Below, one piece after another: positions 9,356-18,263 of a stretch of DNA of 64,000 nucleotides; positions within the stretch are counted from its first letter, which is position 1; every line of letters begins with the position of its first letter. Position numbers and translations under genes: made by a program. The notes beneath the pieces were generated by a model. That model was given only the letters and a program-made list of their open reading frames with translations. It was not told the origin of the DNA and searched no databases. Origin of the DNA: Geopsychrobacteraceae bacterium (GTDB lineage: Bacteria; Desulfobacterota; Desulfuromonadia; Desulfuromonadales; Geopsychrobacteraceae). The stretch spans positions 1,312,001 through 1,376,000 of the forward strand of contig OY759353.1 of assembly GCA_963662315.1 (NCBI GenBank), written 5' to 3'.

Positions 9356-10516
9356 TCATCGCAGTCCCAAGGCCTGGCTCACCGCGCTGATTTTCCGGGA
9401 ACATAGTAATTCAGGGGTGCCGACATGCTTCCCCTGAACCAGAACCTTGAAACTATCCCCCATCCCCCCTTCCGGAACAATGAGATTTTTAAGACTCATT
9501 CTCAGAGCCTGAGCCTTTTGCGGGTCGGTTTCACGTTGTTCAAGTTCAAGCAGCATTTCCATGAACCCCAGCCCCATCAAAAACTGATACTGCATACCGA
9601 AATAAAGCGTTTTAAGCCCCCGCCGTGACCCGACATTTTGCAGCGTGGTAAAATCGACATGGGTGGTAATGTCCTGTTGCCCAACGTCCTGAAGAGGATT
9701 CTCATTGGTCTGATGCTGGCGATAACAGAGCAGGGTTCCGGCATGGCGCCACGGAGCATACAGTTCAGGCGCAGGGTAGCCGTAATCGATGGTAAGAACG
9801 AACCCCTTACGCAGCACTTCTGCAACCTCCGTCATCCACTGACGTGCCATAAGATTCACTTCACAACGATTGCCTTCAAGCACATCGATACCAAGCTCAG
9901 CAAAATATTCCTGTAATAAAGGAGTCGACAGCGGACGTAACTCTTCACCAGGAGGGTTGCCGACAATAAAAACTTCCTGCAACTGTCCACCATGTTTTTC
10001 AAGCAGGTGAACCGGAAAAGCATCGACCAGTTCATTACTCAGAAAACAACCGATCATCCCTTTTAACTGGGGTAACTCACACCACTCAACACGTCCCGCA
10101 TCGATGTGAGCAGAAAGACTCTCCGCCTGACGCATTTGCCCCGCAGAACTGATTTCAACAATACGGTACGTTACGGCACTGTAAAATTCGGGAAAATCTT
10201 CGGCTATCGCGTCTAGAACATCGCACGCCAGATGACCATCACCGGCCCCCTGCTCTGCAACCGTAAATTGACACTTCCCTAATATCTGCCACATCTGCTC
10301 CAACTGGCGGGCAATGAGGCGACCAAAACAGGAATGAACATGGGAAGATGTATAAAAATCGCCCTGCTTGCCAATACGATTCCGATTGGTCATATAGTAA
10401 CCATAACGAGGGTTATACAGCGCCTGCTGCATGAACTCAGCAAAAGAAATCCCTTCCTTTTCGGCAATCAGTGTCTGTAATTCAGTAACCAGGTTCTGCT
10501 CTCTCATATCAGCCAT
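9356..10516 (-). CDS. SAM-dependent methyltransferase, MidA/NDUFAF7 family
   Basis: FAEFMQQALY, GYY, GDFYTS, EQGAGDG, SNELVDAFPVH, IDYG, QDITTHVDF. Start re-placed at ATG 10516. Confidence 0.9.
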   Translation of the reverse strand: MADMREQNLVTELQTLIAEKEGISFAEFMQQALYNPRYGYYMTNRNRIGKQGDFYTSSHVHSCFGRLIARQLEQMWQILGKCQFTVAEQGAGDGHLACDVLDAIAEDFPEFYSAVTYRIVEISSAGQMRQAESLSAHIDAGRVEWCELPQLKGMIGCFLSNELVDAFPVHLLEKHGGQLQEVFIVGNPPGEELRPLSTPLLQEYFAELGIDVLEGNRCEVNLMARQWMTEVAEVLRKGFVLTIDYGYPAPELYAPWRHAGTLLCYRQHQTNENPLQDVGQQDITTHVDFTTLQNVGSRRGLKTLYFGMQYQFLMGLGFMEMLLELEQRETDPQKAQALRMSLKNLIVPEGGMGDSFKVLVQGKHVGTPELLCSRKISAVSQALGLR

Positions 10517-10754
10517 AAAAACCCTTTCAGCACAGGAAGCAATTGGCAAAAGCAAAGTATAGTCAGGCTCAAGCCCAAAATGCAACAGCATGGCGGGCCC
10601 CTTTCAAAATTCCATCACCGGCAATCACAGAAACGCGATTAGCTGTTCATGTCTTGAAATCACAAAGTATTCATGTCATTATGCTTGGCTGATTTAGTGG
10701 AGCTTGAAGGTTGAATTCTGGAAAACCTCACCCGTACCAGAAAAGGACTTATTC

Positions 10755-11576
10755 ATGGCAATCATTACCATCTCCAGGGAAATGGGTAGCGGCGGCATTC
10801 CAATCGCACAGCAGGTGGCTGAAGAACTTGGCTATGCCTTAATTGATGGCAGTTCAATCGAAGAAGTTGCCTCCGAGTATGATCTGACTGCTGAAGCGCT
10901 TGAACTGACGGATGAGAAACCACCGGCATTTGTTGACACCCTTGATCGTAAGATTGAACTGGACGTGTACCGGATTCAGCTCCTGGTCCTTGAACGCGCC
11001 TATCAGGGAGATGTCATCATCTATGGCCGCGGTGGACAGGACCTGCTCCCCGGAATCGGTACAGTGGTCAGGGTAAGAGTCATCGCGCCTTTTGAAGAAC
11101 GGGTTGAACGCTGGGCTGAACGGGAATGGTTAGACCCCGATCTGGCGCGCTCCCTGGTCCGCAGAAGCGACCAGCAGCGTGCCGGCTACATCAAATATTA
11201 TTTTGATCGGGACTGGGATAATCCGCTGGATTACGACCTGGTTATCAACACCTCTAGAATGTCTAACGAAACAGCCGTCAGATTGATAAAAGAAGCGGCT
11301 CAGGACGAAACCCTGGACGCCAAGAGCGGCCCCTGTCAGGCTAAAATTGCGGATCTTATTATTCAGAAAAAGATCCAGATAGCCCGACTGGCTGATGACC
11401 GGATAAAAGATCTCTGGTTTACCATTGACGTCAGTGATGGGCACGTGACTTTGTCTGGACATATTTATAACGAAGAAGAACGGCGGGCAACCCTTGAACA
11501 TGCCCACCAGGTCACCGGGGTTACCGGAGTGACCGACAAGCTGAAGATCGTTCATTACGATATCAGCAAGCGCTGA
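10755..11576 (+). CDS. Cytidylate kinase-like family protein fused to a BON domain
   Basis: IITISREMGSGG, VIIYGRGG, YDLVINT; C-terminal IDVSDGHVTLSG...VTGVTGVTDKL BON signature. Confidence 0.85.
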   Translation: MAIITISREMGSGGIPIAQQVAEELGYALIDGSSIEEVASEYDLTAEALELTDEKPPAFVDTLDRKIELDVYRIQLLVLERAYQGDVIIYGRGGQDLLPGIGTVVRVRVIAPFEERVERWAEREWLDPDLARSLVRRSDQQRAGYIKYYFDRDWDNPLDYDLVINTSRMSNETAVRLIKEAAQDETLDAKSGPCQAKIADLIIQKKIQIARLADDRIKDLWFTIDVSDGHVTLSGHIYNEEERRATLEHAHQVTGVTGVTDKLKIVHYDISKR

Positions 11577-11599
11577 GTCCCACAGAGAAATCTACACTC

Positions 11600-11625
11600 A
11601 AAAGCGCCGGTTCTACCGGCGTTTT
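11600..11625 (+). terminator. Intrinsic terminator
   Basis: GCGCCGG-ttcta-CCGGCGT hairpin followed by TTT. Confidence 0.6.
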
Positions 11626-11663
11626 GCTTAAATATCTTTTAAATTTTAAAGGAGAACTGTTCA

Positions 11664-12410
11664 ATGGCTGGACACAGTAAATGGGCCAACATCAAACACC
11701 GTAAAGGCGCTCAGGACGCAAAACGGGGAAAAATTTTCACCAAACTGATCAAAGAGATCACCATTTCTGCCCGGATTGGTGGTGCGGATCTTGAGTCGAA
11801 CGCTCGTTTGCGCCTTGCGGTTGATAAAGCCAAGCAGGCCAACATGCCGAAGGACAACATTGAAAGAGGGATCAAAAAAGGAACTGGCGATCTCGATGGT
11901 GTCACTTATGAAGAAGGGACCTTTGAAGGTTACGGTCCTGGCGGGGTCGCCGTCATTGTCGAATTCATGACAGACAACCGCACCCGTACAGTTGCTGACG
12001 TCCGCCACGCGTTCAACAAATGCGGCGGTAGCCTTGGTGTCAGTGGCTCTGTTGCCTTCATGTTTGACCGTAAAGGACAAATCGTTTTTGGCGAAGGGAG
12101 CGATTTTGACCAGATTTTCGAAGCGGCCCTCGAGGCCGGTGCTGAAGATGTCAAAGATGAAGATGGCATGATCGAAGTCATTACCGCACCGAATGATTTT
12201 GAAGCCGTACGCAACGCCTTGACCGATAAGGGCTTCACCTCTGAATCAGCTGAAGTCACCATGATTCCACAAACCATGACCGCTATTGAAGGCAAACCTG
12301 CTGAGCAGTTAATGAAAATGATCGATATGCTCGAAGACAATGACGACGTCCAGAATGTCTATGCCAACTTCGACATCTCTGATGAAGAGATGGAAAGGAT
12401 CATGGGCTAA
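11664..12410 (+). CDS. yebC: YebC/PmpR family protein
   Basis: [39 protein letters not shown]. Confidence 0.97.
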   Translation: MAGHSKWANIKHRKGAQDAKRGKIFTKLIKEITISARIGGADLESNARLRLAVDKAKQANMPKDNIERGIKKGTGDLDGVTYEEGTFEGYGPGGVAVIVEFMTDNRTRTVADVRHAFNKCGGSLGVSGSVAFMFDRKGQIVFGEGSDFDQIFEAALEAGAEDVKDEDGMIEVITAPNDFEAVRNALTDKGFTSESAEVTMIPQTMTAIEGKPAEQLMKMIDMLEDNDDVQNVYANFDISDEEMERIMG

Positions 12411-12419
12411 GTTTCACTC

Positions 12420-12938
12420 ATGAGAATCTTGGGTATTGACCCTGGCAGTAAGGCGACGGGCTACGGTTTTATCGAACAGTGTGGCAACCGCCTTATTCAT
12501 ATTGACAATGGGGCAATCTTCACGCGCAGCCAGGATGAACTGGCTGCGCGCCTGCAGCGTATTTATCAGACGTTGTGCCAGCTGATTGAACAATACCAGC
12601 CCGATGCCGTTGCCGTCGAACAGGTCTTCCTGGCCAACAACCCAGCCTCTGCGTTAAAATTGGGGCATGCCCGTGGAGTAGCCCTGTTGGCTGGAATCAA
12701 CGCAGGATTGCCAGTGGCGGAATACTCTGCCCTGCAGGTAAAAAGTGCCGTTGTTGGCTATGGAAAAGCGGCCAAAAACCAGGTGCAGCACATGACAAAA
12801 ACCTTGTTGAATCTGCCCGAAATAGCTCAGGAAGACGCGGCCGATGCCCTCGCCGTTGCTATTTGTCACGCCCACAGCCATCATCTCAACGGCCAGCTGG
12901 GTCATTCCAGGAACCAAGCCTTAGGAAAAAGAAGATGA
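12420..12938 (+). CDS. ruvC: Holliday junction resolvase RuvC
   Basis: [31 protein letters not shown]. Confidence 0.96.
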   Translation: MRILGIDPGSKATGYGFIEQCGNRLIHIDNGAIFTRSQDELAARLQRIYQTLCQLIEQYQPDAVAVEQVFLANNPASALKLGHARGVALLAGINAGLPVAEYSALQVKSAVVGYGKAAKNQVQHMTKTLLNLPEIAQEDAADALAVAICHAHSHHLNGQLGHSRNQALGKRR

Positions 12939-13537
12939 TTGCCTTACTCACCGGCACAATCGCCCACCGTACTCCGGAACAGATCGTCCTTGATGTCCAT
13001 GGGGTTGGTTATCGCCTGCAGATTCCGCTATCCACTTTTTATGCGTTGCCAGAATCAGGGACCGTTCAGTTACAGGTGTTCACGCATGTCAAAGAAGATG
13101 CCATCAACCTTTATGGTTTTTCGACCATGGCCGAGAAAGACCTTTTTGTCCTTTTGATTTCGGTTTCCGGGGTTGGTCCCAAGCTGGCCAATACAATCCT
13201 GTCGCACATTCCCCCGCAAGAACTTGCTCTGGCTTTAAGCGAAGGAAACCTGACCAAGCTGATAGCAATTCCCGGCATCGGCAAGAAAAGTGCAGAGCGT
13301 TTGATTCTCGAACTTCAGGATAAAGCAACAGCCTACGCCGTCGGCTCAGCTATTGACCCAATGGCGACCAAACCTGCTGCGCATGAGGAAGATATCCATC
13401 AGGATGCACTGTCAGCCCTGATGAACCTGGGCTATAAAGAGAGTCTTGCCAGACGGGCGCTGAAAAATCTCAAAACACCTTCCGGAACCCCAATTGAAGA
13501 AATTCTCAAGGCGGCTTTGCAGGTTCTGTTAAAGTAA
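12935..13537 (+). CDS. ruvA: Holliday junction branch migration protein RuvA
   Basis: [46 protein letters not shown] overlap with the ruvC stop. Confidence 0.96.
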   Translation: MIALLTGTIAHRTPEQIVLDVHGVGYRLQIPLSTFYALPESGTVQLQVFTHVKEDAINLYGFSTMAEKDLFVLLISVSGVGPKLANTILSHIPPQELALALSEGNLTKLIAIPGIGKKSAERLILELQDKATAYAVGSAIDPMATKPAAHEEDIHQDALSALMNLGYKESLARRALKNLKTPSGTPIEEILKAALQVLLK

Positions 13538-13552
13538 ATGTAGTTATCTAGG

Positions 13553-13700
13553 CCGCTCAAAGAAAAGCGGGCAATCTTAGATTGTTCCATTTTAAGGACG
13601 CTTGCAGCATCCACCATGGTACCGATTGGCGCTGGTCTGGTCGCCATCCAGGCATCAGGCACTTCACCATGGAAAATGCTGGACCTGCCCTGTAACAGGA
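13553..13700. repeat. Structured palindromic intergenic element (possible REP/MITE-like repeat or sRNA)
   Basis: Nested inverted repeats CAGCAT/ATGCTG, CCATGGT/ACCATGG and TGGCG/CGCCA; palindrome CAATCT-T-AGATTG; sits in a 206-bp ruvA-ruvB gap. Confidence 0.35.
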
Positions 13701-13743
13701 CGAGAGCAAACGGAAAATCCAGAAAAATGAACACGGAGCAACT

Positions 13744-14769
13744 ATGGACGAGCGCCTGATTAACGGTGAAATACAAGGGGATGAGGATCGATACGAAGCC
13801 GGATTGAGACCCAAATCGCTGCAGGAATACATTGGTCAAAGTAGAGCCAAACAGAATCTACAGGTCTTTATCGATGCGGCCCGTAAACGGAATGAAGCCC
13901 TTGATCATGTTCTGTTTTTTGGCCCGCCAGGTCTGGGAAAAACAACTTTGGCCAATATTATCGCTCAGGAAATGGGTGTTAACATTAAAAGCACCTCAGG
14001 TCCTGTCATTGAAAAAACCGGTGACCTGGCCGCGGTTTTGACCAACCTGGAAGAAGGAGATGTTCTGTTCATTGATGAAATACACCGTTTGTCTCCTGTT
14101 GTTGAAGAAATTCTCTACCCGGCCATGGAAGATTATCAACTCGATATCATGATTGGCCAGGGACCTTCTGCCCGAACAATAAAATTGGACATCCCCCGCT
14201 TTACCCTGGTTGGGGCCACCACCCGGGCAGGGTTGCTGTCGTCCCCGCTTCGCGACCGCTTTGGCGTCATCAGCCGTCTTGAGTTTTATTCCAATGAGGA
14301 ACTCAGAACCATCGTCAAACGTAGCGCCAGCATTCTTAAAATACAGATCGACGATGAAGGTGCCATGGAGATAGCCCGCCGTAGTCGTGGAACCCCGCGC
14401 ATTGTTAACCGCCTGCTACGCCGGGTCAGGGATTTTGCCGAAATCGAAGGGAATGGATTCATTAGCAGAGACTTGGCGGACCATTCCCTGAAACGACTCG
14501 AAGTTGACAATCAGGGGCTTGACTATATGGATCGCCTGTTGCTGCTTTCCCTGATCGATAAATTTGGTGGAGGGCCGGTTGGACTGGACACCCTGGCTGC
14601 AGCCATTGGTGAAGAACGCGATACCATTGAAGATGTTATTGAACCCTATTTGATCCAGCAAGGCTTTCTAAACAGAACCCCGCGCGGTCGGGTTGCAACG
14701 GAAAGCTGTTATAAGCATTTTCAGCGTTCCTTAAATAAAGAAGCCGCTAACGGACCGCTCTTCGGTTAA
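13744..14769 (+). CDS. ruvB: Holliday junction helicase RuvB
   Basis: [41 protein letters not shown]. Confidence 0.98.
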   Translation: MDERLINGEIQGDEDRYEAGLRPKSLQEYIGQSRAKQNLQVFIDAARKRNEALDHVLFFGPPGLGKTTLANIIAQEMGVNIKSTSGPVIEKTGDLAAVLTNLEEGDVLFIDEIHRLSPVVEEILYPAMEDYQLDIMIGQGPSARTIKLDIPRFTLVGATTRAGLLSSPLRDRFGVISRLEFYSNEELRTIVKRSASILKIQIDDEGAMEIARRSRGTPRIVNRLLRRVRDFAEIEGNGFISRDLADHSLKRLEVDNQGLDYMDRLLLLSLIDKFGGGPVGLDTLAAAIGEERDTIEDVIEPYLIQQGFLNRTPRGRVATESCYKHFQRSLNKEAANGPLFG

Positions 14770-14781
14770 GAAGATCAGCAT

Positions 14782-17073
14782 ATGACAGCAGAGGATATTC
14801 AACAATTTGCCCAGCAACTGGCCAGCTGGTCTCACTCAATTATCGAACTGGCCCGTCTGCCGTTTCGCCGGGTGGAAACGTACCCCAAGATCAGCACAGA
14901 CATTGGGACCATTCAGCCACCTCTGGTTTTCTGGATCAACCGCCAGAGCTTAATGGCTGGCGGTATCCTGCTGATTCCGGAAAAGGATGTAGAGCAATCG
15001 CTCACCCAAGGCAAGGCTTGTGGTGAAGCTCTGGGCCTTAACCACTTTGTCACCTGGGAAACATTACAAGTCAGAATCTGGAAAATCAGCGGGCAGGATG
15101 TCAGCGAAGAGCGTTGCCTGCCCCTGCAGGCTCCCGATCAGCCCGACACCTTTCGCTATTTACTCGAAGACGTCCTTAACGCGCTTAAACTTCTTGCCAT
15201 TCTGGGTGCCGTTCCGCCGCAACAGTTGGCACCCCAATATTTCAACAATTTGTTCCAGATCACGCTGGAGCAGACGGCTCCAAGCCTAATTGAGGAATTT
15301 CGCAAGTTACGCTCAGAACACGACACCGTCAGAGCTCTTGACCTGGACCTCAAGGCCCATGAGGCAAACCGGCTGTTCCTGCTGAAAATTCTGGCCTTGC
15401 TGTTGTTTGACAAGCACCCGGAAGCAACCCAGCCGGAAAATCTTGAAAACACCATTAACAACAGTTTAGCCTACCTGCCAGCAGAGCTAAGCTCGATTCT
15501 GTTGCAGTCCAATGTGCCTGAAGCTCCACAGCTCCCGTTTGAAGCCGCCGTCGGTTTTCACCACCTGCTCATGCGTCTGCAACAGCTCAACTGGGTCTCT
15601 GACACCAGCAAAGCGGTTCAAAGTCTGGACAAACTCATGTTGAGCTGGTATGGCCGCGAATACATATGTACCGCTGGCGGTATCTGTATTTATCCTGAAG
15701 CTCCACAACATGAAAATTTCAGCCACTGCCTTCTGTCCGATCAACTACCAATACTCGCAGCAACGGGGTTGTTTGCCCGCGCGGCACAACAGAAACTGCC
15801 AAAGTTGATCCATGGGCCTGTTTTTCACTATGACCCGGAACCTTCAGAGAGTGGCATGCTTACAGCCCGCCTATTGAATCAACGCCCTCTCACCGGAGGA
15901 GAGCGACAGGAGATCGCCATCGGCCTGCGCAGAGCATGGCCCAGTCGACGTTTTACCATAAGGGCCGGGCAACCCTACTGGCTCTGGGAATGTATTTACC
16001 TGATGGGAATAATGCCACAACAAGCGCTTCTTCAGCTTGAAGTCCCTCTTCAGGCCTTGCAGTCTTCTGGGGACGATGTGTTCTGGCAGATCCTCTCGGA
16101 ACATTTTTCTATCAGTCGGATTGAGCAAAGCACTCCTGAAAACGTTATGCTGCAGCTGACAAAAACGGATGAAACGTCAGCCTCTTGCACCATCGTTCAT
16201 GAAGGGGAGCCACGCAATCTGGATCTCTATGACTGTGATACTGTCATAAGAGAACAGGTTCTATTGGCCTTACTGCTGCCTGATGATATTTTTGCCCTGC
16301 TCGGAAAGGAACTTCTGTGGCCCACAGAAAAAAACAGCAGCACAACCAGCGGGGAAATTGAATTATTTAGCCGCAGCACCTTATTTCAATTGTTTATAAG
16401 ATTGCTGACAGTACCAGGGAAAAAAGCTCAGGAACTTCCCGTTGAGCACATTCCCCTTCCTGACAGTCACTACCTTAAAGAACTACAGTCGCTGTGGCAG
16501 CAACATCATAAGGAGCGTAAAAGGCCAGAGATCGACCAGATTCTGGCAGAACTTTTAAATTGTCCGGGCCTACAGAACCTGACGATTCCTCGCTATAATG
16601 TTCAAAGCAGTCAGCAAGCAATGTCTACCGATATCCCTGAGGATATCAGCAGGCAGATTAAAGATCAGATTTTTGCTCACGGCTGCCCTGACTTTCCCGA
16701 GCAATATTTGTATTTTCTCGACCACCCAAAGCTTGAGAAATTTCGTTTTACGCCACCGCTGCAGGCCAAAGGAAACATTCTGGGTCAATTTGAGCTTGCA
16801 GATGCTGACGGAAAACTGATTGAAGGGTATGGAGAAGAACTTGAACAGACCCTGCTGATCTGCTCTGCCATTGGAAAAAACAAACCAGAACTGCCAACGG
16901 ACAGGTATCAGCTGACAACGCTGCTTGAATACTACAAAAAGGACTTAAACAGTTTGTACAAAACCCTGGAACAGGAATGCTACAGCCTGATCGGCAACCC
17001 CCAGACTGCCAAAAAACAAATCGTAAAAATCTGGCGAGAATTGAAGCTTCCGGACCCTTTATGGTTCAAGTAG
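14782..17073 (+). CDS. Hypothetical 763-aa protein; resembles an inactivated type IIG restriction-modification enzyme
   Basis: Intact long ORF 12 bp after ruvB. The N-terminus has the layout of HsdR_N/IIG nuclease domains without the catalytic residues (family call is inference). Confidence 0.6.
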   Translation: MTAEDIQQFAQQLASWSHSIIELARLPFRRVETYPKISTDIGTIQPPLVFWINRQSLMAGGILLIPEKDVEQSLTQGKACGEALGLNHFVTWETLQVRIWKISGQDVSEERCLPLQAPDQPDTFRYLLEDVLNALKLLAILGAVPPQQLAPQYFNNLFQITLEQTAPSLIEEFRKLRSEHDTVRALDLDLKAHEANRLFLLKILALLLFDKHPEATQPENLENTINNSLAYLPAELSSILLQSNVPEAPQLPFEAAVGFHHLLMRLQQLNWVSDTSKAVQSLDKLMLSWYGREYICTAGGICIYPEAPQHENFSHCLLSDQLPILAATGLFARAAQQKLPKLIHGPVFHYDPEPSESGMLTARLLNQRPLTGGERQEIAIGLRRAWPSRRFTIRAGQPYWLWECIYLMGIMPQQALLQLEVPLQALQSSGDDVFWQILSEHFSISRIEQSTPENVMLQLTKTDETSASCTIVHEGEPRNLDLYDCDTVIREQVLLALLLPDDIFALLGKELLWPTEKNSSTTSGEIELFSRSTLFQLFIRLLTVPGKKAQELPVEHIPLPDSHYLKELQSLWQQHHKERKRPEIDQILAELLNCPGLQNLTIPRYNVQSSQQAMSTDIPEDISRQIKDQIFAHGCPDFPEQYLYFLDHPKLEKFRFTPPLQAKGNILGQFELADADGKLIEGYGEELEQTLLICSAIGKNKPELPTDRYQLTTLLEYYKKDLNSLYKTLEQECYSLIGNPQTAKKQIVKIWRELKLPDPLWFK

Positions 17074-17172
17074 TTTTCGGTCAGGAAACCATCATCCTGA
17101 GTTGAGAACTGATGCGTTGTTGCAAACAGAATCTCTGTTAATCCTGTCCATATTTTTCAAGGACATATTTGT

Positions 17173-17736
17173 ATGCGAATATTACTTCATATATGCTGCG
17201 GGAATTGCGCTATCTACCCGGTCAGTATGCTGCGTGAACAGAATCATGACATCACTGGGTACTTTTTTAACAATAATATCCACCCTTATCAGGAGTTTGC
17301 CAGAAGGCTTGAAACAACCAGGAACTACGCCGAAAAGGTCAACCTTCCCCTTGTTTGCAATGAGAACTACGAGCTGGAAAACTTCCTGACCAATGTCGCC
17401 CAGGATCCTGCGAATCGATGTAAATACTGTTATCGCTCGCGACTTATGGCTACCGCCCAACACGCCCACAAGCTCGGGTTTGAAGGCTTCACCACGACGC
17501 TGCTCTATTCTCGTTATCAGAAGCATCAGGACATCCTTGAATACGGAATGCAACTAGCCACAGAGTTCAACCTGACATTTCACTATGAAGACTATCGGGT
17601 CGGCTGGAATGAAGGGATCCGGATTTCCAAAGAAATGGGGCTGTACCGTCAGCAATATTGCGGCTGTATTTATTCAGAAAAAGATCGGTATTATCCTAAA
17701 AAAAACAAGTTGGGTCGTGGTCCTGATAAAGGATAA
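17173..17736 (+). CDS. queH: Epoxyqueuosine reductase QueH
   Basis: LLHICCGNC, NIHPYQEF, RCKYCY, FTTTLLYS, YRQQYCGCIYS. Confidence 0.93.
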   Translation: MRILLHICCGNCAIYPVSMLREQNHDITGYFFNNNIHPYQEFARRLETTRNYAEKVNLPLVCNENYELENFLTNVAQDPANRCKYCYRSRLMATAQHAHKLGFEGFTTTLLYSRYQKHQDILEYGMQLATEFNLTFHYEDYRVGWNEGIRISKEMGLYRQQYCGCIYSEKDRYYPKKNKLGRGPDKG

Positions 17737-17810
17737 AAATAACGCATCCCTTAAGGCGCCTGTAAAAATAGTATAACTTTATGATATCCTTTAACTAGTC
17801 ATCGCCGGCC

Positions 17811-17912
17811 CTATTCAGGAGAAGGCGAATCTGTAGGCACTGGTAAACAAAGCGATGACCCAATACCAGAGCCTGTTGTTTCAATAATGGATGGTGGTCC
17901 GGTTGCAGATAA
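17811..17912 (+). ncRNA. Candidate divergent c-di-GMP-I (GEMM-I)-like riboswitch
   Basis: Ordered motifs GGCGAA...ACAAAGC...GACCCAA...ATGGTGGTC.GGTTGCAGA in the leader of the 17946 gene. Predicted P2 and the base of P3 have mismatches. Confidence 0.4.
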
Positions 17913-17945
17913 AACCTATTGTTCTGAACAAAATGGAGGATTCAA

Positions 17946-18248
17946 ATGCTTGAACTTATTGAAAAAACCATATTAGCCGGGATTGGAACCTTAGCTCTTA
18001 CCCAGAAGAAAGCCGAAGAACTTAAAGACGACCTGAAAGAGCGCCTCAACCTATCTGAAGAAGAAGGTAAAAAACTGCTGGATAAACTGCAGAGCGCCAT
18101 CAAAGAGAATCAGGCCAAGCTTGAGGAAATGGCACAGGCTGAAGTTAAAAAAGCTTGTGAGCGTGTCGGGCTGGTGACTGAAGAAGAAGTCAGCAAGCTT
18201 AAAAAACGTATCGATCAGCTGGAAAAAAAACTTAACGCTCAGGAATAG
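17946..18248 (+). CDS. Phasin/PhaF-like coiled-coil protein
   Basis: ILAGIG.LALT..KA, LSEEEGK, GLVTEEEV..LKKRIDQLE; strong GGAGG RBS. Confidence 0.8.
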   Translation: MLELIEKTILAGIGTLALTQKKAEELKDDLKERLNLSEEEGKKLLDKLQSAIKENQAKLEEMAQAEVKKACERVGLVTEEEVSKLKKRIDQLEKKLNAQE

Positions 18249-18263
18249 CCAGATAACGCCAAT

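Noticed and set aside
11661..12340. Long antisense ORFs over yebC (similar ones at 28940-29593 over accC and 51022-51972 over pilB)
   Set aside because: Shadow ORFs caused by codon bias in conserved genes; no RBS or recognisable domains.
13432..13839. Minus-strand ORFs spanning the ruvA-ruvB gap
   Set aside because: They overlap both ruv genes antisense and show no recognisable protein features.
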